A DNA stretch of 64,000 nt, taken from IMG/VR virus record IMGVR_UViG_2519899835_000003; one strand, given 5' to 3'. The notes under the pieces were generated by a model that searched no databases, was not told the origin of the DNA, and saw only the letters and a list, made by a program, of their open reading frames with translations. The translations under genes and the position numbers were made by a program. Below, one piece after another: positions 49,741-57,947 of this stretch. Source of the DNA: a virus (Duplodnaviria > Heunggongvirae > Uroviricota > Caudoviricetes). Numbering within the stretch: the stretch's first letter is position 1; the number at the start of each line of letters is the position of its first letter.

Positions 49741-49824
49741 TTACCCCCACCGACAAATAACATATACTAAAAAAGTGATAGCCATAGCAACGCCTGTAAT
49801 TGCAAATGCTTCAGGCCAGTTCAT
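49741..49824 (-). CDS. Candidate small hydrophobic peptide gene (27 aa), not in ORF track
   Basis: ATG overlaps the stop of the upstream gene (ATGA) with AGGAGG upstream; MNWPEAFAITGVAMAITFLVYVICRWG. Confidence 0.3.
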   Translation of the reverse strand: MNWPEAFAITGVAMAITFLVYVICRWG

Positions 49825-50405
49825 TGGCGCACCTCCTGCGGCGGTTCTGGTAGCGGCATCCAGTCGGTTACATTGCGGCTCTGTGTTTCGAAAAATTCAT
49901 CACCATCACGGACTACATCAAAAAACTCACCGTCTCGATATTGCGCATAAAGAACGAATGCGCCATCACATAAAATAATTACGTGCTGACCGTCATCCGG
50001 CATTCGCTCACTACAGCTTATCCAACCATCCAGAGTTACCGGATGGTTGGTTGACGTTTCCGAGATTTCCCGAAAATTATTGGTTGACGAACCCTTCTTT
50101 TCCCGAAAGTTTCCAGCCTGAAGCATGGCGGCGCTGTCTGGCGGGGCAGCATATAGCGGCACGTATATTTCCGGTTCCTTATCAGCACCGGGTTGCTCTT
50201 CCAGTGAGAATGTCTTTCCGGTAAATCGATTCATATAAAGCACGGGCTCTGCTTCCAGCGAAGCCTGAGCAACAAGGGCCAGTGCTAAATCCAACTCAAT
50301 TGCCTCGAGAGAATTTTTGAATGCTGTCTGTTTTACTGCAAATTTCATCGCCTTTACATTTTCACTAACATGACTGATTAACTGCTCTTTTGTAAAAGTG
50401 GTCAT
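49821..50405 (-). CDS. DUF551-domain prophage protein
   Basis: Start set at MTTFTKEQ after the conserved junction RBS; C-terminus ...DWMPLPEPPQEVRQ paralogous to 6137..6667. Confidence 0.5.
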   Translation of the reverse strand: MTTFTKEQLISHVSENVKAMKFAVKQTAFKNSLEAIELDLALALVAQASLEAEPVLYMNRFTGKTFSLEEQPGADKEPEIYVPLYAAPPDSAAMLQAGNFREKKGSSTNNFREISETSTNHPVTLDGWISCSERMPDDGQHVIILCDGAFVLYAQYRDGEFFDVVRDGDEFFETQSRNVTDWMPLPEPPQEVRQ

Positions 50406-50461
50406 CTCATTCTCCTTTGATGCGAATGCCAGCGACAATTGAAGCCTGATAGCTAATTTAC

Positions 50462-50872
50462 TCACAGTACCGCCTCCTGAAAATTCCCCTGATAGAAAGC
50501 CAGCACGCGCTGCATAACTTCACTATTCCGGCACTCGCGACAGATTATGTTCAGGCGTCTATCGTAGCGGCGAATTTCTCCGTCTGGTAACTTTCGAATC
50601 AATGTCTGGTCAGTTGTTTTCTCCGGTGTCTTACGCCATACGCGATACACCTGTTCTGATGCAAAAACACCGTATTTACCGGACATGTATAAATCGCCAC
50701 AAGCCAGTACATCCACAAGGCAACGTCTGACTGAATGCCAGCCTGCTCCCGTCGCTCTCTCCAGTTGCGATATCGTCATGCGTTCATTTTTGCGTACCAA
50801 TCCGATAATTCGTGCCTTCAGTTCTTCCCGCTGTTCGTGTGTAAAAGGTTTCGCCATAAGCGCCTCCGGCAA
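50462..50872 (-). CDS. Hypothetical protein (136 aa)
   Basis: ORF overlapping neighbours by 4 bp in the post-replication region; C-terminal CRECR motif. Confidence 0.45.
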   Translation of the reverse strand: MPEALMAKPFTHEQREELKARIIGLVRKNERMTISQLERATGAGWHSVRRCLVDVLACGDLYMSGKYGVFASEQVYRVWRKTPEKTTDQTLIRKLPDGEIRRYDRRLNIICRECRNSEVMQRVLAFYQGNFQEAVL

Positions 50873-51643
50873 TCACTTTTCCGACACAATACGACCGGAT
50901 GAATCGACAATCTGTCGAACAATATCCCGGTGCTTGTTCAGCTCCCGCAGCGCGGCGCAGACTCGCTCCCACTTCTGGACCTGTTTTTTGGCGCGACGAA
51001 GTTCTCGACTGGCAGCATGCAGCGATGGAAGCATCACCGAACTGGCAGATTTTTCGGTGAATGATGGAACTTCTCGGATAAACTCATCTGTACTGGCCTT
51101 TGCCGTGCTCTCTGATGCCAACGGAAAACGATTCATTTCATCGCCTGCCGCGCTGTTTTCTGCGTCATGGTGTGATTGCTTATTCTGCGATGATAAGGCG
51201 CTCAAATCGCCGTTTTCGACATCAGGCATTTTGTAACGGAATTTTCCGTTGCTGATCTCGCGTACCAGGCGTCTCGTTGCTGTTACCACCGCCAACGTGG
51301 AAGCAACCTTACGAGTGCTGACACCGAACTTCCCCGCCAGTTCCTCACAGGTTTTAGCCCCCTCCTGAGAGATAAACTCAATCATCATGTCAGCGCTAAC
51401 TTTTGGAGCGACCTCTTCGGTCAGCATATCCTGTGTTTCAGATTTTACTGGCCGCTCTTCGGTTACCCCGGCTTCACCTTCGACAGCCAGAAACCAGGTG
51501 TGACCCGTTTTATCAACAACGCCATTTTTTTTGAGCTCCCACAGTTCGTTGAGAACTTCTTCACGGCTGATATCAAGCCGCGCCGCCAGTTCAACAGAAT
51601 TGGCTTTTCCCATCGCTTTCAGTGCATGCAATACGGTTTCCAT
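50873..51643 (-). CDS. Hypothetical protein with N-terminal winged-helix-like segment (256 aa)
   Basis: N-terminal ...ANSVELAARLDISREEVLNELWELKKNGVV resembles a wHTH; common partner of O/P-type replication genes in E. coli prophages. Confidence 0.45.
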   Translation of the reverse strand: METVLHALKAMGKANSVELAARLDISREEVLNELWELKKNGVVDKTGHTWFLAVEGEAGVTEERPVKSETQDMLTEEVAPKVSADMMIEFISQEGAKTCEELAGKFGVSTRKVASTLAVVTATRRLVREISNGKFRYKMPDVENGDLSALSSQNKQSHHDAENSAAGDEMNRFPLASESTAKASTDEFIREVPSFTEKSASSVMLPSLHAASRELRRAKKQVQKWERVCAALRELNKHRDIVRQIVDSSGRIVSEK

Positions 51644-51668
51644 CGAAAATTTACCTCGTCAAAAATTC

Positions 51669-52409
51669 TCACATACCCTGACGTCCAACGTTTGACCGCC
51701 AGCTCTCCCAGTTAAAATTCACCCAACGACCACCGTTCATGGTCATCCGGTCCATAATCCTCTCACCAAGAAGCGTGCTCATTGCGGCATGATTCAGGTT
51801 TGTCAGCATCCCGACACTGCGCAGTGATGCCGTCCGGCGGTCAACAATCTGGTGCAGTACCACCTGCTCGTTTTTCGTCTCACGCTGGATGCCAATTTCG
51901 TCAAGAACCAGGAGGTCCACTTCGCACAGTTCACGCAAAAATTTTTCCCCTGACAGTCCGTCGTCATAGCTGGCATGTAACGCGCTCATCACATCCGCCA
52001 CGGTGACCACTATCACGGATTTACCGGCCTTCAGCAGACGATTACCCACAGCCGCCGCCAGATGATTTTTTCCGGTTCCCGGATTCCCGCTGAACACGAA
52101 GTTTGTATAACTGGTCATCAATTCATCGACAATGGATTTCGCCTGGCTCAGAGCATGGCGCTGACCGTCGTTCTGCACCCGGTAGTTCCCGAATGAGCAC
52201 TTCCTGTGAAGCGGCTGGATGCCCGCACGGTTCAGGATTTTTTCAACCCGCGCCTGATGATTCAGGCGGTTAATTTCCTCGCTGCGCTTACGGCCCTCAG
52301 CCAGTTGCCATTCCCGCCATTCGTCGGTCGTCCGGAACGGTGCTGCCACGTGCGGTGGTGCCAGACGGCGCACCCGTTCAAGAATCCCTCCAGTCGAAAT
52401 GTTTTTCAT
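51669..52409 (-). CDS. DnaC-like helicase loader (IstB-type AAA+ ATPase), functional analogue of lambda P
   Basis: Walker A FSGNPGTGKNHLAAAVG and Walker B LLVLDEIG. Confidence 0.8.
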   Translation of the reverse strand: MKNISTGGILERVRRLAPPHVAAPFRTTDEWREWQLAEGRKRSEEINRLNHQARVEKILNRAGIQPLHRKCSFGNYRVQNDGQRHALSQAKSIVDELMTSYTNFVFSGNPGTGKNHLAAAVGNRLLKAGKSVIVVTVADVMSALHASYDDGLSGEKFLRELCEVDLLVLDEIGIQRETKNEQVVLHQIVDRRTASLRSVGMLTNLNHAAMSTLLGERIMDRMTMNGGRWVNFNWESWRSNVGRQGM

Positions 52410-52415
52410 GGCTGA

Positions 52416-53498
52416 TTACCCCCTGAAACCCGGCGGAATTTCGGTGTCCGGTTCAGAAATGTGATTCACGCAACGCAGGCTGACTGCGCCAGCCTTCGGC
52501 AGCGACCACGGATTTTCGAAATTCCTGTTCGGGCCAAAAAACGTCGATGCCTGCTGAACAAATTCAGTTCCCGCTTTCCCGGTAGCCTCCAGGTATCTTG
52601 CGTAACGCCTCACGCCATCCAGCACGACATCCGGTGACACCCCTTCGCGTAATCTGGCCCTCCAGGCATTGAACGCGGATTTCTTCGGGTTTGACCCTGC
52701 CCGATGCGGATATTCACGCCAGACCCGTTCGAACACGTCAGGATAATCAACTCGTCCCGCAGACGGTCCCGGCATCGCCCGGGTTAACCCAATCGGCTTC
52801 CCGCTCATCGCGGAATCGGCTTCAGGCTGCTGCGGTTGGCGTTGTTGCTCCGGTTCGACGATCAGCACCTGCTGCACACAACGCCCGGAATCTGCTTCCG
52901 GTGTCGTGCCAGCTGGTCCTGGACGTTCAGTCAGAACAGGACAAAAATCCCCCTGTGGGTCCGTGGCGATTTTTTCGCCATGGACCAGAAGGGTTTTATC
53001 CCTTTCCTGTTCTTGTTCCTGTTCCTGTTCTTGGCTTGAAAGGGGCTCTGAAGGGGCTTCAATTTTCCGACATGATTCACGTCTGACATCCAGGTGGAAA
53101 TCATCCTTATATCTATCATAAAAGGATGATAAAAAAGGATTTTCCAGCAACGCGGAATATTCATTTCTTACCCCAGCACAACGGTTATCGCCAGGTTTCA
53201 GCGATTCACCAACCTGCCATGCTGCCATTTCATGCACCCATACAACCTCAGAATCATGGTCATAGCTGCAAAAACCAGCCTCGCAAGCCATTTGAAGCCC
53301 CTTAGAAGCCCCTTCAGGATCAAGTCCGGTTTCGTGAGCAATGTACAAAACAGGCAGGTAATAAAGGCCCAGCATATTGGAATGAGGCGAGGTCATCATA
53401 TACAACGCCACTACCATACTTTCCGGACCAGACTTCCTTAGTTTTCGCCCTGTATCGCCTAACCAGAACTGAGGTGAAATTGTTGCGTAATTACGCAT
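52416..53498 (-). CDS. Replication initiation/replisome-organiser protein (O-like)
   Basis: 360 aa immediately upstream of the DnaC-like gene; contains an internal (EQ)n run and a copy of the 60-bp repeat also found upstream of its start. Confidence 0.6.
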   Translation of the reverse strand: MRNYATISPQFWLGDTGRKLRKSGPESMVVALYMMTSPHSNMLGLYYLPVLYIAHETGLDPEGASKGLQMACEAGFCSYDHDSEVVWVHEMAAWQVGESLKPGDNRCAGVRNEYSALLENPFLSSFYDRYKDDFHLDVRRESCRKIEAPSEPLSSQEQEQEQEQERDKTLLVHGEKIATDPQGDFCPVLTERPGPAGTTPEADSGRCVQQVLIVEPEQQRQPQQPEADSAMSGKPIGLTRAMPGPSAGRVDYPDVFERVWREYPHRAGSNPKKSAFNAWRARLREGVSPDVVLDGVRRYARYLEATGKAGTEFVQQASTFFGPNRNFENPWSLPKAGAVSLRCVNHISEPDTEIPPGFRG

Positions 53499-53524
53499 AG
53501 TCCCCTCGCATACAAGATTTACTC

Positions 53525-53695
53525 CATACCGCAGACGGTCCCGGTATCTCCCGGGTTAACCCAATCGGCTTCAGGCTGCTGCGGTTGGTGTGACTGCACA
53601 TTGGTGTGACTGCACATCTTCACAGACGGTCCCGGTATCTCCGGGTTAACCCAATCGGCTTCAGGCTGCTGCGGTTGGTGTTGTTGCTGGCGAAA
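53525..53695. repeat. Two direct copies of a ~60-bp element plus tandem 15-mers between cII and the O-like gene; third copy inside the O-like gene near 52,740-52,850 (approximate)
   Basis: GACGGTCCCGGTATCTCCCGGGTTAACCCAATCGGCTTCAGGCTGCTGCGGTTGGTG occurs twice ~90 bp apart with GGTGTGACTGCACAT x2 between; a near-identical copy lies within the O-like coding sequence. Confidence 0.6.
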
Positions 53696-53751
53696 TTCTT
53701 CCAGATGTGGCAGAATTATTCCCGTGTATTGCTCCATGCCCTGCCTGAATA

Positions 53752-54048
53752 TCAGATGTTCATCAGGATTTGCTCAGAACGTCCGGCCCCAACCGGACGT
53801 TTTTTATTTGCATGAACGTTAATGGCATGCTGGAAAGCCCGGCTGATCGGACTGATATCAGATGCCATCTGGAACGCGCATAAAATCGCCGCGATGTATC
53901 GCCAGTCGGTACGACTGACCTTCGATTCATGGCAGCCAATCATCTTCGCCAGTCCCCTTTGCGTCAGAGCTGACAGGTTGATAAGTAAATCCGTTTCAGC
54001 GCGATCGATATCGCGCTGTGACAGTTTGCTGTAACTTGTTTGTGACAT
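53752..54048 (-). CDS. cII: CII-like transcriptional activator
   Basis: C-terminus ...NKKRPVGAGRSEQILMNI parallels lambda CII ...NKKRPAATERSEQIQMEF; position between cro and O. Confidence 0.65.
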   Translation of the reverse strand: MSQTSYSKLSQRDIDRAETDLLINLSALTQRGLAKMIGCHESKVSRTDWRYIAAILCAFQMASDISPISRAFQHAINVHANKKRPVGAGRSEQILMNI

Positions 54049-54145
54049 TTGTTAATTTTCCTATATTGATATGGGGTTAAGCGGCAATCCCCAATGGGTT
54101 TGCCACTGATGTTTGCTCACCCTGTTAGAGGTGAACGACCAGCAA

Positions 54146-54157
54146 TGTTAAAGAGCG
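54146..54157 (-). promoter_or_regulatory. nutR boxA (CGCTCTTTAACA on minus strand)
   Basis: Perfect boxA consensus 7 nt downstream of the cro stop; followed by a stem-loop (boxB candidate) near 54,120-54,140. Confidence 0.5.
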
Positions 54158-54164
54158 GTGTTAC

Positions 54165-54389
54165 TTATTCAGCCTGGTTCGGATGAGGAAACAGGTGCGG
54201 TAAGTCCGGGCGAATTTCGTAAGCCTTAACCTGACCATTGGTGGCATTAACGATAGCGAAAACTTTTTCAGGAGAAACTTTTCCGCCTCGCAACCATTTA
54301 TGAACAGCGGGCTGTGATACGCCGCAATCAGCTGCAAGTCGTTTTTGACTGCCAACAATATTCAAGGCTCGCTGAATCACTAAATTCAT
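54165..54389 (-). CDS. cro: Cro-like repressor (HTH)
   Basis: 74 aa from second ATG; ...GSQKRLAADCGVSQPAVHKWLRGG HTH; divergent from cI across a 110-bp operator region. Confidence 0.7.
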   Translation of the reverse strand: MNLVIQRALNIVGSQKRLAADCGVSQPAVHKWLRGGKVSPEKVFAIVNATNGQVKAYEIRPDLPHLFPHPNQAE

Positions 54390-54444
54390 GAGCATACCTC
54401 TACAGCAAATAAAGCATAACCAAAAATAACATGAGTTATACACC

Positions 54445-54499
54445 AGGGCAATAACAATTGTTGTTTTACTTTTGATAACCGTGGTTATAGATTACAGGT
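54445..54499. promoter_or_regulatory. OR/PR/PRM region with ATAAC-N4-GTTAT operator palindromes
   Basis: ATAACCGTGGTTAT perfect inverted repeat (about 54,475-54,488) 11 nt before the cI ATG, with related half-sites (ATAACATGAGTTAT, ATAACAATTGTT) upstream. Confidence 0.5.
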
Positions 54500-55207
54500 A
54501 TGAAAACATTCGCAGAAAGACTAAATGCCGCCATGAGTTCAGCCGGGTTGTCACAAGCACAACTTGCAGACATGGTGGGGGTATCACAACCAGCCATACA
54601 AAAGATGTCATCTGGTAAAACAACCGGATCACGTAAAATGGTCGAATTAGCCAACGCGTTAAGAGTTCGCCCTGAATGGCTAAGCTCTGGTATAGGGTCA
54701 ATGAGACCACAGAGCGCAGAAGAGCCATCTAATGCTCGGGAATCATCTTTAAAAGCTATCGCCTGGGATGATCATCAAAATGATAATGAAGAATTTGTTG
54801 CGCTCCCCCTTCTAAATATTTCACTTTCAGCTGGCGGAGGAAGTTGTGCATTGGAGGAGTCCGCAGAATTCTCTCTAGTTTTTAGGCGCTATTACCTGAA
54901 AAAAATGGGAGTTCCAGAAAAAGCGGCAAAGTTGGTCAGGGTTGTTGGGCAAAGCATGGAGCCAACACTCCATGATGGTGATGTGGTGGGGGTAAACACG
55001 CAAGATACGAGCATCAGGGATGGTAAAACATATGCAATTTGCCAAGCTGATTTGTTAAGGGTAAAAACGCTCATAGCCACGCCAACATCGGTAATTATCA
55101 GATCGATAAACCGCGAAGAGTATCCTGATGAAGTAATGAACAGAGAAGAATTCTACAAAAACGTAAGAATCATAGGGCGAGTGTTCTGGTCATCACATAG
55201 CTGGTAA
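54500..55207 (+). CDS. cI: CI-type repressor (N-terminal HTH, C-terminal S24 LexA-like autopeptidase)
   Basis: N-terminal LSQAQLADMVGVSQPAIQKM HTH; C-terminal VVGQSMEPTLHDGDVVGV with catalytic Ser and downstream Lys. Confidence 0.85.
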   Translation: MKTFAERLNAAMSSAGLSQAQLADMVGVSQPAIQKMSSGKTTGSRKMVELANALRVRPEWLSSGIGSMRPQSAEEPSNARESSLKAIAWDDHQNDNEEFVALPLLNISLSAGGGSCALEESAEFSLVFRRYYLKKMGVPEKAAKLVRVVGQSMEPTLHDGDVVGVNTQDTSIRDGKTYAICQADLLRVKTLIATPTSVIIRSINREEYPDEVMNREEFYKNVRIIGRVFWSSHSW

Positions 55208-55360
55208 TCAGACTCCAACTGAACTTTTGCTATAAGAACACTCACGAAGAACGGCCTTTTATTGTGCTCAATACCACCGATGGTAAACCATTCGCCAAGT
55301 AGCCAATTCATAAAATGCCATTTCTAAATCCCCCCGGCTCCAGTGCCGGGTTTTATTTAC

Positions 55361-55582
55361 TTAATTACACAGTCGCATATCCTGAAGTAACACATCTATA
55401 GCTAACTTCACAGCGAGATCATCCAATTCATCATGGTGAAGCACTCGGATCATTCCCGCAATAGCATCTGCTGAAATAGCTTCCCCAGTAGCAATAACCT
55501 CAAGCAACGACACCCCTAGAATTTCGACTACCCGCTGGTGCAACACACCAAATTCCCCTTCGATTAACATGCAATCACCCAT
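55361..55582 (-). CDS. Hypothetical protein encoded antisense between cI and the pL/N region
   Basis: ORF 55361..55627 (alternative start codon at 55627, internal ATG at 55582 taken as start); convergent with cI. Confidence 0.3.
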   Translation of the reverse strand: MGDCMLIEGEFGVLHQRVVEILGVSLLEVIATGEAISADAIAGMIRVLHHDELDDLAVKLAIDVLLQDMRLCN

Positions 55583-55701
55583 AACAATCAGCCTTTCCCC
55601 CTTGAAAATATCACGCGGATACCACAAAAAATAAAATATTTTTGTTATCAGTCATTTATAACGTTTTTCATAAAATGATAAATATAGTTATTGCACAACC
55701 A

Positions 55702-55717
55702 GATAACTTAGGTTATC
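55702..55717. promoter_or_regulatory. OL operator palindrome GATAACTTAGGTTATC (approximate)
   Basis: Same ATAAC/GTTAT half-sites as the OR palindrome, ~50 bp upstream of nutL. Confidence 0.4.
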
Positions 55718-55764
55718 TTCAATTCAACAGCAGGACGCTGGAAGCCAAACGGAACAGATTGGCC

Positions 55765-55805
55765 GGCTCTTTAACATTGATGGACTCTCAACCTAACCGT
55801 TGAGA
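55765..55805 (+). promoter_or_regulatory. nutL: boxA-like GGCTCTTTAACA followed by stem-loop TCTCAAC-CTAACC-GTTGAGA
   Basis: Shares the 13-mer CTCTTTAACATTG with the nutR site; lies ~110 bp upstream of the N-like gene. Confidence 0.5.
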
Positions 55806-55915
55806 CCAAAATCTAAGTGGTTTTGGGGATGACGCGAATTTCAGTTGCAAGGCCGCGATCGAGAAGAAAAACACCTCGACGCGTCATACACCAAAGCCAC
55901 TTAAAGGAGACCATC

Positions 55916-56221
55916 ATGGTAACCATAATCTGGAAAGAATCCAAAGGTACGGCAAAAAGCCGCTATAAAGCTCGCAGGGAAGAACTTATTGCAGAGCGGC
56001 GCAGTAGTGAAAGACTGACACGGAAGATTGCGCTAAAGATCTCTGGTTGCGTCGGAGCAGACAAAGCAGTATCACTCGGAAGCCTTCGCTGCAAGAAGGC
56101 AGAAGAAGTCGAGAGTAAACAGAACCGTATTTACTACCGCAAACCACGCAGTGAAATGGGTGTGACTTGCTCAGGCCGCCAGAAACAACGCGGAAAATCA
56201 ATTCCGGCTTATTACGATTGA
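55916..56221 (+). CDS. Putative antitermination protein N (arginine-rich)
   Basis: First gene after nutL; AAAGGAGA RBS; N-terminal KSRYKARREELIAERRSSERLTRK arginine-rich motif. Confidence 0.45.
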   Translation: MVTIIWKESKGTAKSRYKARREELIAERRSSERLTRKIALKISGCVGADKAVSLGSLRCKKAEEVESKQNRIYYRKPRSEMGVTCSGRQKQRGKSIPAYYD

Positions 56222-56226
56222 GGTTA

Positions 56227-56511
56227 ATGATGAAGTTCAAATTGAACGATGAAGTTAAATGGTCAAGCTCATCAAACGGTGTAACGAAGGTAAAAATCGG
56301 GTTTATCGTCGAGGTGATTCCTCCTGGTGTCAACGTAAAAAAATTCGAACTAGGCCGTCTGCTAGATGCACCTGGCCTTCCGAGGAAAGAAGAGAGCTAT
56401 ATAGTTTGTGTAGGTTCAAGACCCGGATCTCGTGCCAAGCCAAAATATTACTGGCCGCGAGTTAATAACCTGCGTCGATTACAACAAAAAACTTGCGCCC
56501 TTAAAACTTGA
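56227..56511 (+). CDS. Hypothetical protein (possible frameshift with overlapping ORF 56432..56617)
   Basis: Internal ATG pair after GAGGT; 3' end overlaps another open frame by ~80 bp. Confidence 0.35.
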   Translation: MMKFKLNDEVKWSSSSNGVTKVKIGFIVEVIPPGVNVKKFELGRLLDAPGLPRKEESYIVCVGSRPGSRAKPKYYWPRVNNLRRLQQKTCALKT

Positions 56512-56648
56512 AATTCTTCAGGCCGCCGGAAAAATGCAGCTTAAACTGGACGAATTCATCGACTGTATGGATGAAATGAATAAAGCAGTTCAGAAGCTTA
56601 AAGAGCTGACCGCCTGATATTAATAAATTGCAACTACCGGAGTTAACT

Positions 56649-57008
56649 ATGAATGAAACAGAACTGAAGCACATTATCGCCCTGCTTCTGGAAGATGCCA
56701 GACAGGTTTATCGACTTAGCCCAAATTCCGCAACGCAGGAACGCATCCGGATAGCGGAAACAGCACTGAAACAGGACAATGGAAACGGCATATCCAAATT
56801 TAGCGCCGCCAGTGAAAATGAAGTAATAGAAATAAACAGCAATATCAGCGACAGTTGCGTCGCTTACAGCCACCAAATAATTCGTGTAAGTGCAAGAATA
56901 ATGGAAGTGATGGCAAGTGAGCTTGAAAAGAACAACATCAAGCCCACTGATTGTTGTTTAAGAACCGTAATGAACGTTATTTATTACTCGATGTTCCGAA
57001 GTCGCTAA
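56649..57008 (+). CDS. Hypothetical protein
   Basis: Internal ATG (MNETELKHII) of ORF 56628..57008. Confidence 0.4.
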   Translation: MNETELKHIIALLLEDARQVYRLSPNSATQERIRIAETALKQDNGNGISKFSAASENEVIEINSNISDSCVAYSHQIIRVSARIMEVMASELEKNNIKPTDCCLRTVMNVIYYSMFRSR

Positions 57009-57186
57009 CAGCGTCGAGTTTTTCATTAAAAAATGATTCAAATGCATCGTAAAATACGGCAATAGCACCGCCCTTATCTACCGCGGCAGGAACTGCCTTT
57101 TGAGGTATATCTTTCTCCGTAAATTGTGTGTTGTAAGTATCGACAGCCAGCCGCATCAGAAACATCACTTTTTCTTCTTGTGTCAT
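56977..57186 (-). CDS. Hypothetical protein encoded antisense within the early-left operon
   Basis: 69-aa ORF with AAGGAGAG 8 nt upstream of its ATG on the minus strand; convergent with the flanking plus-strand genes. Confidence 0.45.
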   Translation of the reverse strand: MTQEEKVMFLMRLAVDTYNTQFTEKDIPQKAVPAAVDKGGAIAVFYDAFESFFNEKLDAVSDFGTSSNK

Positions 57187-57427
57187 AAATTCACTCTCCT
57201 TACGGGGTTTGTAGTTGAGGAGTTCTCCACGGGTGAGGTGGAGATCGTGCGCCGGACACGGGTGAGTTCCTGCACTCTCAGTTTACTGAACAGACATTAC
57301 CCTGAAAGCCAGGGTACTACACGAAAGCGCGAGGCGAAGACTCTTTCCCATAGAAGGATTGTCGTTAGATTTCTTCGACCGTGCGCTTCCGGTTGTGAAT
57401 AACAACATTGCTGTGTGTAACCCTTGG

Positions 57428-57465
57428 CGGATATCGGTTTGCCGATTGCTGATGTCCGCCCTTTT
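57428..57465 (+). terminator. Candidate rho-independent terminator inside the early-left operon (tL-like; approximate)
   Basis: GGCGGA..ATCGG-TTTG-CCGAT..TCCGCC compound hairpin followed by CTTTTT. Confidence 0.4.
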
Positions 57466-57642
57466 TAAAGTGAATTTTGTGATGCGGTGAATGCGGCTAT
57501 GCGCACGCGGAACAGTTAAACCGACAGGATGTCACGGAAAGTCATCGTCCCCTGACCCGGCGTTAGTTGTTAACTGGTTAACGTCACCTGGAGGCACCAG
57601 GCACCGCATCAACAAAGTTCATTTGTGAAAATGGAGATAATT

Positions 57643-57864
57643 ATGATTGCTCATCACTTCGGAACTGATGAAATACCACGTCAGTGCGTGACGCCTGGCG
57701 ATTATGTTCTTCATGAAGGTCGGACATATATCGCTTCAGCAAACAATATTGAAAAGAGAAAACTCTATATTCGTAACTTCACAACAAAAACATGCATTAC
57801 CGACTGCATGATTAAAGTTTTCATCGGGCGCGATGGCTTACCCGTAAAAGCAGCGTCGTTGTGA
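57643..57864 (+). CDS. KilR-like host-killing/cell-division inhibitor peptide (73 aa)
   Basis: [32 protein letters not shown]... recalled as matching Rac KilR; GGAGA RBS; upstream of the RecE-like gene as in Rac. Confidence 0.5.
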   Translation: MIAHHFGTDEIPRQCVTPGDYVLHEGRTYIASANNIEKRKLYIRNFTTKTCITDCMIKVFIGRDGLPVKAASL

Positions 57865-57947
57865 CGAGTAATAAAATACACCTTCCATATCTGTAACAGA
57901 CAAGCCGAAATAAAACCGCATTAATTATCAATCACGGAAAAATCAAA

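Noticed and set aside
53525-53695. Direct repeats considered as a possible CRISPR array
   Set aside because: Only two to three imperfect copies, ~90-bp spacing with tandem 15-mers between, no cas genes anywhere in the window, and one copy lies inside a coding sequence.
53519-53737. 72-aa minus-strand ORF between cII and the O-like gene (contains QPQQPEADWVNP twice)
   Set aside because: Its reading frame is created by the two direct DNA repeat copies; no RBS, and the repeated peptide is a copy of an internal O segment. Treated as a repeat/origin-like region, not a gene.
57100-57402. Plus-strand ORF of 100 aa in the early-left non-coding stretch
   Set aside because: Begins inside the antisense gene, has no RBS, and spans hairpin/terminator-like structure; more likely non-coding RNA or regulatory sequence.
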